The notes under the pieces: model-generated
The model's database searches: none
The model's input: the letters and a program-made list of their open reading frames with translations, nothing else
What the model was told of the DNA's origin: nothing
NCBI GenBank assembly: GCA_013239625.1
Contig: MU053934.1
Coordinates: 9,445,352 to 9,509,351, forward strand
Source of the DNA: Lama guanicoe
Taxonomy: Eukaryota
Reading direction: 5' to 3'
DNA length: 64,000 bases
Position numbers and translations under genes: made by a program
Part shown: positions 21,941-35,680 of the stretch, one piece after another
Layout of the letters: every line of letters starts with the position of its first letter
How positions within the stretch are numbered: position 1 is the stretch's first letter

Positions 21941-22726
21941 TGTCGTGGGGCTACTAGGTGACCCAGTTACTCTCTGTAACATTCGGCACCCAGTTCTGGT
22001 GCGGGGGCTTCTTCCTCTCACCGAGCAGTTCTCAGACACCAGCTGGGTGTCCTACAATCCAGCTTAGTTCTGACGCTCTTCCCAGAGATGGTGGCAGACC
22101 CGCCTTTCAGGTGCCAGTTGCATATCCAGGTTGTCACTGGCGCTTCTGACCTCCTGGCTATAGGTTGGAGGAGGTTCCTTGGGTTGGATTAATTTGCTAG
22201 AGCGGCTCCGAGAACGCAGAGAAACATTTTATTGACTGGATGGCCAGGTAACTGTAAAAGGATAAAACTCAGGAACACCCAGCTGGGCGAGAAGCGAGAA
22301 GCGCAGGGAAGGTATGGGGAAGGGGGCGGAGCTCCCACGCCAGCTCCAGGCTCCCCCTTCCCAGCACCGCCATGTGTTCATCAACCTAGAGGTTCTCTGA
22401 ACCCCGTCCATTTGCGGGTTTTACGGAGGCTTTCTTACCGCGGATTGATTAAATTATTAGCCATTGGCGGTTGATTCTACTTGCTGGAGGTCGGGGGTCA
22501 GGGGTGGGGCTGAAAATTCAAACCCTTTAAATTTGATTGGTTCTTCTGATGACCAGCCCCTATTCTTAGGTACTTTCCAAAAGTCACCTCATCATTAACA
22601 TAACAAAAGACACATTGATCACTCTCTGCACTTAGGAAATTCCAAACGTGTTGAGAGCTCTGTGCCAGAGATGGGGACGGGACAAAGACCAAACATATAT
22701 TTCTTGTTATAAATCTCCATATCACA
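21941..22726. mobile_element. Solo LTR, MER21-like
   Basis: TG...CA termini, with characteristic gacaccagctgggtgtcctacaat, gggttggattaatttgctagagcggctc and a terminal gacaaagaccaaa...atatcaca. Confidence 0.75.
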
Positions 22727-23569
22727 CCTCCCCAGCTCCCCCCCCACCGTCAGTCCTGGGCTCCCGGGGGTGCTCCGTGTGGTGCAAGGAAGGGTCTTCC
22801 CCTCCCCAGTGGGTGGAGTCGGGGTCAGGGTTGAGTGATTGCAGCTGGGCTGGGCGGGGTGGGAGGGGGGGAGGCCTGGCGCCTGTGTGACCCAAGTTGC
22901 CCTAGCTCTGGCTGGAAGGGTGGTCCTGGCCTGGGGGCAGAGACAAGTGGGAAAACGTGGGTCCCAAGGGTGAGAGGCCTGGTGACACCTACCTCCCTGG
23001 CCTAAGAGTCCCACTTGCAGCGTGGGGACCGTAACACCACTCACTCCTGAGAAACTAGAGGTCTCTGTCCCCCTCCCCTGCTTCCTGCCCTCATTCTCCA
23101 GGACTCACGTGGACAGGTCTTTGTCCCCAGGCAGCCCCTGGCCTCTAGCCCTTGACCTTGGGGATCCTCCCAGTTCTGGGTTCCTCCTGAGTCCCCGACA
23201 ACTCCCAGTGTGCCCACCAGAGGGCGCTCTGTGGCTGGGAAAGGATATGGCCGCGGGACAGACGGAGGCCGAGACCTCTGCAGGGCGTCAAGGAGGAGGA
23301 CGTGCTCAGGGTCTGGGGAGCACTTGGCTACACCACCCGCCCTGCGGGGAGGTGGAGGCTGGGACAGGGGTGGGGCGTGGTGGGGAAAGTATTTGAATGT
23401 AGGGTTGCTGTGGGGCTAAGGGGCTACGTAAGGTCTCAGAACTAACCTCCTGGGGACCGAGGTCCCCACAGGGGATGCAACAGGGGCCAGCGTGGCCGAG
23501 GCAGCTGGGTAAGCGTGGAACAGGTGGGTCACGTTGGGTGCGTCCACTCATCAGTGGTGGGCATCTTCT

Positions 23570-23860
23570 GGCCATTGTGACAGCTTCTGTGGACATGGTG
23601 TGCAGGGACCTGGGGAGGCCCTGCGCTCAGTTCCCTGGGACGCACCCAGGACTGGGATTGCCGGGCCACAGACGATGTTTCGTTTTCTGAGGAACCACCA
23701 TGCGGTTGCCCACAGTGACTGCACCGTTCACACCTCCCCCGCCTCCCCCAGCATGCACCGGGGCTCCTCTCCCCTCTGTTTTATTATTATTACTCTTATT
23801 TTAGCCTCCTAGTGGTGTGAAGGGCTATCTTCTGGTGCTTCATGACTTTTTATGGCTGAA
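23570..23860 (-). mobile_element. Degenerate L1 fragment (GC-shifted)
   Basis: tgggattgccgggccaca...tttctgaggaaccaccatgcggttgcccacagtgactgcaccg resembles the antisense L1 ORF2 end. Confidence 0.6.
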
Positions 23861-24093
23861 TATTACCCTGTGCTCTTCCCTCAGGAGGTTAGGGTCGGGG
23901 AGACACCCTAAAGCCAACCCACACTCCCACTGTCAAGGGCAACCACAGGGGAGGCGAACTGGGGAGAAATCGGTACTTCCAGGAAGCTTCCAGAGGACAT
24001 GAGGTACCGGGGGAGCTGACCAGCACAGCAGGTGTGCAGTCTAATGTGCTCCAGGCTGGGGGCCACCCAGGCGGTGGTGTCCCCCACACGTAG

Positions 24094-24212
24094 ACACACA
24101 CAGACACACACACACACACAGCACACACCTTACACATACCACACACACAGACAGATACACATCCCACATGCACCACATGCATGCGCGCGCGTGCACACAC
24201 ATACACACACAC
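24094..24212. repeat. Imperfect (CA)n-rich microsatellite
   Basis: Directly visible. Confidence 0.9.
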
Positions 24213-27200
24213 CCCCTCGCAGTCTGAGTACAGGGACTGACCATCATCACAGCTCACTCCCTCAGCCATATGTCAACCAACAAAGATTGCTCTGAGCCCT
24301 ACTATCTACAGGTTTTATGCTAAAAGGTTTTGTGGATACAGAAATAAGCAAAAATGTAATATCTTCCCCTTGGGGGAAAAAAATGGAGCCAAGTCTGGCA
24401 GGAGACCCAAGACCCAATTGGAGCTGAACACCAAGCTGTTCTCAGTGCTGGGAAGGCCTCGGACACCAGAGGACATGGCAGGCGGATCCCGGAGGGCTTC
24501 CTGAGGCAGCGCCTGGGAGTCTGAGGGGTTAGGGTCAGGGTTAGAGTCAGAGCAGAGTCTGAGGGGCAAGGACCCGGGAAGGGCATAGGACATGTGAGAC
24601 CCTGGGTATGACACTTGGGCCAAAAGGAGGCCATGCGGCTAGGGGCCTGAGTGAGTGCTGAGGGCTTTGGGGACAGTGGCCAGCAGGCAGGGCGGCTGGG
24701 AAGGAGGAAGGACAGGAGGTTCTGCCCACTGAGCAGGGCTGGGTAGGGGCAGGCAGCTCTACTCTGGAGACTTCTGCTCCTGGCTCCTCCCATCCCGTTC
24801 AGCGGGGCGGCCTCCTGGTCCACAGGCTTGTGGCTGGGCCATTGTCCTATCTCCAGCGACGGCCCTGGGGTCACAGAGGAAGGGGATCATTACTGACTTT
24901 GACCCCGACTGGTCACTGGAGTACCCAGCCCCCAGCTGCCAGGACCCCCACCCAAGCCTTGGGCCACATAGAGAGCAAGGGGGAGGGGTCAATGGTGAGG
25001 AACAGAGGGCCAGGGTCTCAGGCTGCCTTACCAGAGAGCCTGTCTCCTTGGCCCAGGCTAGGACACAGCCGGGCTCCTGCAGTGGCCCTGCCCTCCTGGG
25101 GACATTTCTAGGGCTGGGAGACTGACCAGCAGATGAGCACACTGGAGTGTGGTGTGTGCATTCACAAAGGTGCACTGGCGGGTGGGCCAGGGGCTGGGAG
25201 CCCACGAGAGATGAGCCTGAGGGAAGGGGGTGCCTGAAGAGGGTGAGCAGGGGGGCAGGGGAGGAGTGATTGGGGAGCACTTATACAGTGCCACTGGATA
25301 CGGGTCCGACTCTGTGTCGGGGGTGGGGCTGGGAAAATTGGGGCAGAGGACACAGGAACAGAGAATCCGAAAGGAGGGAGAGCCACGTGGGCCGAGGGAA
25401 GCCATCGCAGCTGAGACCAGGGGGAAGCGACCTTGAAGGGGCTTGGAGGAGAGCTTGGCAGTCCAGTGCAAAGGCCCCAGGGTAGAAGGAAGCTCAGCAG
25501 AGCCCAAGGGCAGGGGCTGCAGAAGAGGCGCTGAGATTTGCTGAAGACCCCCCTCCCCAGCCCCCAGGCCAGATCCTCAGGCCTCTGGTCATTTTCAGGC
25601 TGAAAGGAACCAGTTTGACTCAGCTGGAGGCACCTCCTCTGGGAATCTGGCTCCCTAAATCACAGCGCCTGGCGGAGGGTTCACTCCAGGACACACTGTC
25701 TGCTGAGTTCCGGCTTCCTGTGTGGCTGGGCTGGGGGGTGGGGGGGTCTGGCCCAAGGCCACCCCTCCCCCGCCAGCGCATTGTCTGCCCTGCGGCCGGA
25801 AGCAGCTCCTGCCCAAGGCAGGGGGAGCTGTGGGGACCATGAACCCAGCTCCATGGCTGAGCAGAGGCCACCCAGGCCCGCACTGTTCTCTGTGCTTAGG
25901 CCGTCGCTCCCTGGCCCAGACAGGGGGGCTAGGGGAGGGCAACCCACCAGGCTCCCCGACCCAGGGCTGCCTCAACCTCAAATCAGGAGTCTGGACAGGG
26001 CAGGTGGGCCCCTCCCTCCAGCACAGCCACCCAGGCTGCGGCCCCTCCCTGTCCCACTGTGCACCCACCTCTCCCCACGTCCATCTAGTGACCCAGTTGC
26101 GGGGGGGGGCGGGTGAGGCGGTGACATCTCCTGCAGACTCTACCCTCTCAGCCAGGACGGAGGGGAGACAGCCAGAAAGGGACAAGCCAAGACCTGATTT
26201 ACAAGTGAAATGACTCTGGAGCTGGCCCAGCCTCCGGCCCACAGAAAGATGACCCAGCCCTTAGGTTCCCAGCAGGCAGCGCAGCCACCTGCAGCCACCG
26301 AGGCTTCAGCTCCTGGCCCCAAGGGAGTCCAGACCTTAGACTCTGGCGCAGGGACCAGAGGGTGAGCCGGTGCAGAAGTCAAACCTGGGAACCCATAGTG
26401 TCCCCTAGTTCCCATGGTGCCCGCCGTGGGCTGGGGCACGGTGGCTGAGACACCCAGCTGGACCCTACCCTCCTCCAGATCTCAGATCACAGAGCATTCC
26501 CCCCAACCCCAAGCATCCTTGAGGAAAGATGGCTACGTCCAGCGGGGGAAACAGGGTTCACTTCTTTGCAGCTGAGTTGGTATCTAGCACTCTGGCTCTG
26601 GCAGACCCGTGATCTCTGTCAATGGGGTAAACTGAGTCAGCTCAGAGTCCTTCTCCAGTGGTGTCTGACTTCTACAGCATCACTGCCAGGGGTGCCTAGC
26701 CTTGGACACCCTCTGTGCAGGCAGGCAGCGTCCAGGGTCCTCCTTCCAGCCCGGTCCCCCTGGGTCACTGCACATCCTTCTTGGGACGTCTAGAAAAGGA
26801 AAGTGGACCTGCTCTCGTGGCCACTCCAGGACCTGTGCCCACCCAGCCTTCACCAAAGCCACGACCAGCACATGGCTTCACCCTCTGTGTGCCCAGGGCA
26901 GTGGTTGCAGGCCAGCCCTTCCCAGCCCTCAGAGCCCAGCTCTGCCCTGTCCTAAGGGTCCGAGACCCCTCTTAGGTCCAGCCCCGCTGGGAGGCCTCTG
27001 GCAGCACCACATTAGGGTCACTGGCTCATCCTCTCCCCAGAGTGACTGTTTGGGACGTAAATTCATGTTGGCTGGGGCTCTGACTTCTAGAAGCTTCTTC
27101 TGTTGTTTTCCTTTCAAAATGTCTCGGCCCTGCTTTTCAAAGTCTGTTTTAAAGTCAAAAGCGGACCAGAATCTGTTACCTTCCCTGAGCTACCTTCTTT

Positions 27201-30200
27201 CTCGCTGCTGCTGCTGCCTGGCGGGGTGTGGGGGTTGGGGTGCCAGTCTTGGAGAAGGACGCACCCCGGACACCGGGCAAGGGTGGCCACGCTCAGTCGT
27301 CAGAGGAGGCATCAGGTCCGACCAAGTAATCAGATCAGGGCTGCGCTCCGAGCGAGCATCTGAGAGCCGGGCACAGCTGCCTCTACCGTCTCCCATGGCT
27401 CCCCTTTGCCTCCCTGAGCCTCTGGGATTTGTTTCTCCCGCCTGCTCCCTGCTCCCCGGGCACAGGGAAGCCCTGCCTCCTGGCCTCTGCTAACGCAGGC
27501 CCCTCCGTCCCATCAGCACAAGTTTACCGGGTTAACTTCAAAGGACCTTCTCAACTCCTTGGCTTCAGAAGGGCGGGGCCCCCCCTGTGCTGGCCGTTAC
27601 TCACAGCCCCGTCCGCCCGCCCGCCCTGCACCGCCTCCTCCGGCTCAGCCTTCTCAACTTCGGGGCTCACCCGGGAGGCCGCCTCTTCCAGGGAGCCTCC
27701 CCTGATGCCCCACCCCCCGCCGGGTTCTCACAGCTGCGAGCATTTCCCTGCCACCCTGCCTCCTGGGTTCTTTGGGACAGAGGCCTGGAGTGCCATCTGC
27801 GGGACCTCGTCTGAAGAGAGGGGACAGCTTCGTGGTGAGGGCAGGGGTACTTTTGCTGGGTGCTTCCTGCCTCCTGTGCTCAGGAGCCTGGGGGCCAGTC
27901 TGCAGGAGCTGAGGCAAATCAAAGCAGGAGGAGAAACAGAAGTGACATTGGCAGCTACCATGTGTTCTATGTGCGGGTCCTTCCCTCCCGCAGCCTCACA
28001 AGATGCGCTGACCCCAGGAAGCGGGCGTGCGCCTGGAAGGGCAGCCTTGACTCCATGGCGAGACGGGGAGCAGGGATTTGAGCCCAAGCCGAGGGCGTGA
28101 GTGCCCCAGGCCACGATGGCATGTTTTCTGAGTGCAGAATTCTGTGTTACTGGGGGGTAGAGACACCTAAAGGGCAGTGGGGACTGAGGGGCCTAAAGGA
28201 AGGAGTCAGGGATTTTGGGGTACAACAGAGATGCCCCAGGACGTGGAATTAAAAGTAGAGGTAAAAGATGAAGGGAAAGCACGGGCGAGAAGGTAGGTCT
28301 AAGTGGAGCCAGAGATGAGCTCATAGCTGTGATTCAAGCTCCCCAGCAGCCAAGGCAAAAAAGGGAAAGTGGCGATTTACACAACTTCCTCCTACGTGGG
28401 AAGTTAGAAGCTGTCAGGTCTCAATCCTGAAGCTTCTCCGCTGGGGAAGGTGTCATGGGACTGGGGGGTCAGTGTGAACCTCCTTCCCTCTTGTACACAC
28501 TTGAGCAATATCTTGGGCCAGACCTGGGCTGGGCTTTGGGGCTTCCAGGTGAAACCTCAAGTCAGGCTGCTGGGGACCGTGGCCCCCGCTTGCCGGGCCC
28601 TCAGCACACACCCGTCACTGCACCTCGCTTCCACCTGCCAGCAGCCTGGCCTGGGGCCTGTCACTCCTCCAGCTGCACAAACAAGGAGATGAGCTGTCTG
28701 TGTTCCGAGGGTCTGTGTCTTGGGGGCGCAGTCCCTCTGCTTTGAGCAGTGGCTTCACCCCACAGCCCAGCTTCCCTTTGGCTGACCCCACGACCCTGTG
28801 ACCTGCCTCTGCTTGAGTCCAGGGCATTGCCACCTCTGTCCTCCCCTGGCCACTGCCAGGCCGGGGCCCACTCCCTGCTCCCTACAGACCAGCAGGTGGG
28901 AGCCCACGACAGTCAGAAGGTGTCATTCAGGGTAAAGGGAGAGAAGGCTGTGCTTCAAGACTGACCAGAGAGACAGCGCAGAGACGCGGGACCAACCTGT
29001 GTCTCGACGTCGGCTCCGGTTGTGGGGTTAGCTGCTGATAGGCCACCCCAAAGGGCAGAGCCTCGCCATGGCCATTACACGCATGGACGCCCGGCTCCAG
29101 AATTTGAACCGGGCACAGGGGGAGTCTGTCTCTTCTCTGCTCCACCAGTCAGTAGCCTCAGTGGAGGTGGCTCGGGGTCTGAGGGCCAGAATCACTTGCA
29201 GGCATCCTCGTTCACACATCAGGCAGTGCCGGCTGTCACCTGTGACCCCTCCACGTGGCTGTCCCTCACCCTCTGGGTTCCTAGAGCCAGTGCCCAAGAG
29301 AGCCAGGTGGAGGCACAGGCTGTGACAGCCCAGCCCCTGAACTCACATGTACCCCCCTCCACACCTACTCGCAGGGGCGGTCATGGGCCTACCCCCACCC
29401 AGGGGAGGGGACGTACCCGCCACCCCTGGACGGGACATCAGCAAGATTCTAAAGAAACGCCACAGAGCTCCATCCTTCCATGCAGCTTCGAGCCAAGTTC
29501 TCCGTGCCCCTGTAGCGAGACAGTGCCGTGACTGCTCCCATCCCCACAGTGGACGAGGAGCACTCTATAGCCACTGTCCTCCAGCCCGGGGACTGCCCCT
29601 TGCCCTTTGCATCTGCAGGCCCACTCTCGGCCGCCTCCAGCCCCCAGGAGACTAACTCGGACAGACGGACACGCCTGCAGGCTCCCTGCCCACCGGCGTC
29701 TGATTGGAGCCCCCTCCCTGCCCTGTCCCTCTGCCCCCAGCCCCCTGCTCGCCCCCTGCAGCCCTTCCTCAGCTCTGCCCACACCTGCGCCCTCCGTTAA
29801 ACGCTCCTCAGATGACCCAAACCGTGGGTGTTCCTGTGCACGGCGACCTCGCCCGACAGAAACCACGGGAAGAGACGTGTGCTCCTGCTCAGGGAAGGTG
29901 GCCCCCAGGTCCTGCTGTCTCCATGGGGCTCAGGCCGAGGGCTGGGCTTCCAGCTTGGTGGCTGGCCCCATAAGCCTCCCACAGAGAAATCCTGCTTTGA
30001 GAAGGTCACTGCCCAGTGGTGGGGACAGGGCTGAGTGTTTTAACTCCAGAAAGACCAGGCCCCAGTGGGGGAGCCGGCGCCAACTCAGACAGCTGAATAA
30101 ACAGTCACGGTCATGTTTCCAGGCCCCCTGCGGCCTGGCTGCCCTGCGCGCTGGAGGCCACTCAAGGCCAAGAGAGGGGCTGTATCTTGGTGGAGATGGC

Positions 30201-33200
30201 GGCTGCCCCAGCCCTCCCTGCCCCCACCTCCCAGCTCCCAGGTTCCCCAGCAGGCACCTCTGTCTGGTGGACAGTAGGAGGGATGGGGGTTCAGACCCTG
30301 CATCCCAGACTGGGTTCTGCCACTCTCACCCTGGGACCTTCTGAACATTCCTTCCCCTCCCTGGCCTTGACATCTCCAACGGTGGAATGGAGTGGAACCC
30401 TGCCTAGTGCCACAGGGCAAACAAGGCAGTGGGTGTCGAAGGCCATGGGAATTGTGGGCCAGCGGGGCCCAGGCTGCAGAAGCCTTGAGGGCCACTCTGA
30501 GGACTCCCCAAGGGCAGGGGGTCATGACTGCCTCAGAGCAGGGCCCACCTGGGATGTGACAAAAACCGCTCAGCTGGTGGACAGATGGAGGGAGGGCGGT
30601 GGGGAGACCCTCGTGGAGGTGGGAGCCGGGAGCCAGAGGCCAGGAAATAGGGAGGTGCCTTGGTAGGAGGGGGACAGACCTGGGATCTAGAGGTGGGGTG
30701 GGCAGACACCCATCTGCCCTGTTTCAGCCGGACGTGGCCTGCTGGGCAGCAGCACCCTCCCTCTCCTCTTTCTTCACCTCCCTAGAATCCAGGAACCCTA
30801 CTCCCCAGCACCCCAGGGGCTACATCATGACAACACACCCTTGGAATATCGGGGCCCTCACCTTGGGCAGATGGGTTTCAATTTGACTTCAGAATAAGAA
30901 CTTGCCAGCTTCCCCAATTGCATGCAGAGGTGCAGGGCCTCCAGGCCTCATGCAGGTCCCCACCTCCCTCAACCCCCCTGGCCTGGACCCGAGAAGAGAG
31001 ACTCCAGGACACTGGGTGATGGGAGGGGCTGGGGAGATCCCGCCTGCCCTCTGCCCACCCTGTCCCCTCTGGAACTCAGTGCCACAGACATGGGGCCAAT
31101 GGTAGGGAAACTCCTGGATTCTAGCTCTCATCCCAGCCCAGCTCTGGGTCGGGGCCCTCCTGGGCCAGGTCAAGCCCTCGTCTCTCTGGGCCTCAGTTCC
31201 CCCACCAGCAAAAGTTGATGCTTGTGTTCAGTGGATGATGGCCTCTCTCACCCAAAGTCATGTGGCTCTGCCGGGTCCCTGTTTTGTGCCCAGCCTGGCG
31301 CCAGCCCCATGCCCCCTATGATGGGAGTCCAGGCAGGGCCCAGGAACCAGGGGTGGAGTGGAGCCTGGGTGCGATCGTGCTTCACGGAGGCCAGGCAGGT
31401 GAAGCGGTTCAGATGTTAGAGAGCAGAGAGGGCGCCCACGCGGGCACACCCTGCCAAGAAGAGCCGGCCAGCACATTCTTATCTCCTGACCTGTCGGTCC
31501 CCCTCCCCCGTCCTGATGAAGCTGTTGGAAATGAGGGTCCTTAGGGAGACTGTCCACCATGTGGCTGCCCTGTGGCCTCAGGCAGGTTGCTAGACCTCTC
31601 TGAGCAAAAGCCCTCAGTGACCAGTACAGGACTTCGGGGTGGGGGTGGGGGTGCTGCCCCTGGCTGAGAGCTGACATGTGGTGGGAACTTGGACAGTGCA
31701 GAGCCTGGGCCTGGAAGTTAAAAGCCAGAGAGGATGGTGATGGCTCTGGGGACCCCACATGTGGGCTTGGGCCCTGGCTCCCCTTCCCCTAGGGCCTGAG
31801 GGCCCCAGGACCGTGGCCCTGCCCCATTCCTACCCCTACACCCAGCACCTTGGGAGGGCGTCCCAGACACACACCTTCCTGTTCCCTTCCTCGCCCCACC
31901 TGGGTGGCCACCCCACCCCCACAGAAGAGTGAGGCCCCGTCTCCCTATCCCCTCCTCCCACAGTCTCAAGCGCCGGGTGGCTGCCACCTTTCCACTCGAG
32001 GTACCTGATGGCAAGCACACCAGCCACCTGACGAATCATCTCTCTGCAGGGTCTGCCCATCTGGCCCACTGACCCCCTGAACCTCAGAGTCCCCCTCTGT
32101 AAAGGGGCAATCATAGTAATACCCTGTGGATGGGAGGGCCTGCAGATTCAATGAAATAAGGCAAGTGGAGCTCTTGGCCAGAGCGCCTAGTGAGGGCACC
32201 TCTGGCCTTTGGGCGCCCCAGCCTGAGGGTTCCTGTATTTGTGGGTCCTTGGGTATGGGGGTGTCTGGCCCTGTGGTGCCAGGGGTTTGTGCACTGGGTC
32301 GCCATGTGTCACCTCAGCCACCAGGGGGCAGCATAGGGGAGCAATTCCACTCCAGGAGCTGGAGTCGCGCCCTCCCGGAGCCTGTGCTTTGTGCAGGGAA
32401 AGCAGGAGGGAGGGAGGCGAGGCGGCCCACAGGGTCACTCGGGGCCAGCAGAACAGCCCGGGCTCGGATCCTGGCCCTGCCGCTAACTCCCACATGACCT
32501 GGGCCTGCTCGGCCTTCCTCTGTGCAGGGGGCGCTGCACTGCAGCCCCTGGGTCTCTTCCCACGCGGAAACGAGAGGCGAGGTGCAGAGAGGCATCCCCC
32601 ACACAGCTGCGGTCCTGGGCTGGGGCCGTCAGGCCCGGGGGCTGGGGGCCCGGCGTCCTGCTGAGGCCCCTGCCCCGGTGCTTCCGGTCTGCAGTGAGGC
32701 CACCGAGGCCCAGCCAGGAGCAGAGGCTTGGATGACGTCACACAACGAGTCTGCGGCACAGACAGCTCCGCCGGGCCTGCCCTGCTCTTTCTGCACACCA
32801 CCCGCACCCCAGATGCCACCAAGAGCGGGAGTCATGTGGGCCTCCTGCTGGGCCCACCTTCAGGGAGGTTGACCGCCCTCTGTCTCCCAGGCCCGGGGTA
32901 GGGGGCACCCGATGAGGCCTCTGTGGGTCCTGTTCTGCTGACAATTTCAAGTCTGTGTCCCTTCCTCCACTGGGGAGGTCCGGGGGCTGCTGGGTGACGC
33001 TGGCTCCTGTGGCCTCAGCCACCCAGTGCAGGGCCGTGGGGGAGAGAGGTGAGTCACCCCTGGGGACACCGCCCTGCTCAATCCCACCTCTCTCAGCTGC
33101 CCCGGGGCAGGTCCCACCTGCAGAGGAGCCCGGCCAGGGGCCTGGGAAGAGGGGTTTGGCTTCGCACGGGGCCAGGAGAGGCCCCCGCCGCCCTTCGCAC

Positions 33201-35133
33201 CCGCCAGCTTCCTCCTGGCCGCAGCACAGGAAGGCGGGCAGCCTCGAGCTCTCTGCTCTGTGGCCGGAAAAGCCTCGTGTTCCAGGAATATGCAGCTCAG
33301 CAGGTCGGAGGGAGTGTGTAGTGTGGTTCCCAGAGGCCACTGTGCTGGGGGCCTCCCTTGCAGCCCAGGGTGCGTCCACTCCCCAGCTGCAGTTCCCCGC
33401 AGTGGTCACAGGCCGAGCTCCGGGGCTGCACCATCAAGGACAGGAGACTAGTGAGCGTCAGGGGTCCCCCAGCTGCCCCAGAGCGAGGCTGCCAAGCACC
33501 CCGGCCTGCATCCTCTGCCCGCTCGGCCCCGTGGCCCCCATCTGGCAGCATCAGGCCTGCAGGCCTGGGAGGCCGCGGGCAGCCATCTTCCAGGCAAACT
33601 GGGGCCCAGCCAGCAGCGTTTCCCCACGTCCTCCTCCCTCGCTCCGAGCGGCATTACCTCATCGGGAAGCCATTCCGGAAAGGAGCTGCAGAGCCCCTGG
33701 GAGTGGGAGTGGAGAGGCTCTTTCCAAGGGCCCTCCTGGCAGCCTCCAGTGCCAGGCCAGGGCAGGCGTCACGCCTCCGGGCGTCTGCCTGCCGAGCCGC
33801 CGCTGGGAGGGCAGCTGGCTTTCGTCAGCTTCTCGGGGCGACCAGGCCAGGCTGGAGCAGCCCGGCAGGGGGCACTGGCCCTGGCCGGCTGGCTACCCGG
33901 CGGGCCGAGGGTTGCTTTCAGGAACCGCAACCGAATGGCTGGACAGGAGGCGAAGCTGGACCCAGGCTAATAGCAGAGGCCAAACCCTCCCCTTTTCTGA
34001 GCCTCGGTTTCCCTTCCACCCAGCACCCCTCCCCCGCGTCCTTGCCCTCCCCCTGTGGCCACGAGGGGCCCTGGACACAAGTGAGCACGTGACTGCTCCC
34101 GGCTGCCCGCTGATCTAAACCAGAGGCCCTGGCTGCCTACAGCTGGCCCCAAGTGGGCCTCCCTGGGCCATGTGGTCAAGACTGAGAGAGGTGGGAGCTG
34201 CGGGGGCAGCTGGGGTGCTGGGGAGATAGGAGGAGCTTCCTGCCCTGCCTGGGGTGGGTCCAGAGGGATGAGGGTTCAGGGCAGCCGAGAGGACCTCCCA
34301 ACCCGGGTCCCAGCCCTCCCACCCAGCTCTGATTCCAGAGAAACCTCTCAGAGCTTCAGTTTTCTCATCTGTAAANNNNNNNNNNNNNNNNNNNNNNNNN
34401 NNNNNNNNNNNNNNNNNNNNNNNNNNNNNNNNNNNNNNNNNNNNNNNNNNNNNNNNNNNNNNNNNNNNNNNNNNNNNNNNNNNNNNNNNNNNNNNNNNNN
34501 NNNNNNNNNNNNCCACCCACCCACCCCAGAGAATGCTTGGAAAGACTCTTGAAACCATGTAGAAGAGAGAACAGGAGACACAGGCAGACAGGCTTTTATG
34601 GGGGGGGGGCCTGTGGGCAGGCACCAACACCAGCTCCTGCTGGGCCAGCTTCCAGTCTTCACACTGTTGGGGCCAGAAGTGTCCTCCTAAGACACAGCTC
34701 TGTTTGGTGCACGACTGTACTAAAAGCTCCTTGCCCCAGGGTAAGTGAAACGCTGTCCTCCAGCCACACCTGAATGTGCAGGTGCCCACGCCTACCGTTC
34801 CTTCTTTCAAATTCTGTCTAGAGAACTCCTACTCACCCTGCAAAACTCCAGGTGAGATGCCCTTCCTCAGAAACGTCTCACAGGATTGCTCTGAGAACCA
34901 AAAAAGAATGTCTGTGTATGAACACACGGATGAGGTAAGGGAGGCTCATACTCATGGCTGTCCTCATTACTAAGTAGAAAGAGGTCACAACCAAGGGCAC
35001 ATGTGTGATCAGGAAGGCTACTAGGGGTAGGAGTTAGCAGGAAGTTTTCTCTGGCTTGGGATTCAAGCCCAGCCTTGACAGATGGTAGAGTTTTCAGAGA
35101 AGAGGAAGAAATTGGCAGCTAGGAATAGGCAGT

Positions 35134-35680
35134 TGTGGAGCAGTTTTAAATATGGCTACAAATTCTTTGGTTCTCCTCCTTTGAGAGGTGGGGCCTGTGT
35201 CCTTTCCTTTTGACTCTGGGCAGGCTTGTGACTCCTTCAGTCAGCAGAGGGTAGGGTACCCAGCAGGGCTGCTGGGTAAGTTCTGAGGCTGGATCATAAA
35301 AGGCTACACAGCTTCTGCCCTGGGCCCCGAGTTACCACGTAAGAAGAGAGTTCAACTCCCCGGAGACCCCGGCTGCGAGAGAGCCCAAGCCACAGCCAGG
35401 TGTGTTGGCTGACAGTTCCAGCCTTCGACTTGTCCCAGTGCAGGCACCAGACGTGTGAGTGAAGAAGTCAATTCAAAAGCATCTCCCCCAGCCTCCAGTC
35501 TTCCAGCCCCAGCCATTTGGCCCTAGGCCGGCACCAGACATCACAGAGCAGAGCAGAGTTGTCCCCACTGGGCCCTTTCAGAATACCTGACTCACAGAAT
35601 TCGTGAGCACAATAAAATGGCTGAAGTTTTTTGTTGCTGTTTAGGGGTGGTTTGTTACACAGCACTAGCTGACTTAGAAC
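35134..35680 (+). mobile_element. MaLR LTR (MLT1G/H-like)
   Basis: Starts tgtgg...aaatatggctacaaattcttt and ends aataaaatgg...tttaggggtggtttgttacacagcactagctgac. Confidence 0.8.

Noticed and set aside
24525..24550. Telomere-like GGGTTAGGGTCAGGGTTAG
   Set aside because: Only about three degenerate units, which is too few to call an interstitial telomeric site.
1371..27545. Scattered TCF/LEF CTTTGAW motifs (e.g. about 1371, 17102, 19532, 21511, 27536)
   Set aside because: The count is compatible with random expectation for a 7-mer, and there is no clustering outside the 57-kb island.
32955..34118. Longest ORFs in the track (387 aa here; also 1942-2904, 8046-9110 and 26702-27493)
   Set aside because: They have no recognisable domain, Pro/Gly/Ala/Arg-rich composition and overlapping ORFs in several frames on both strands, as expected by chance in GC-rich mammalian DNA.
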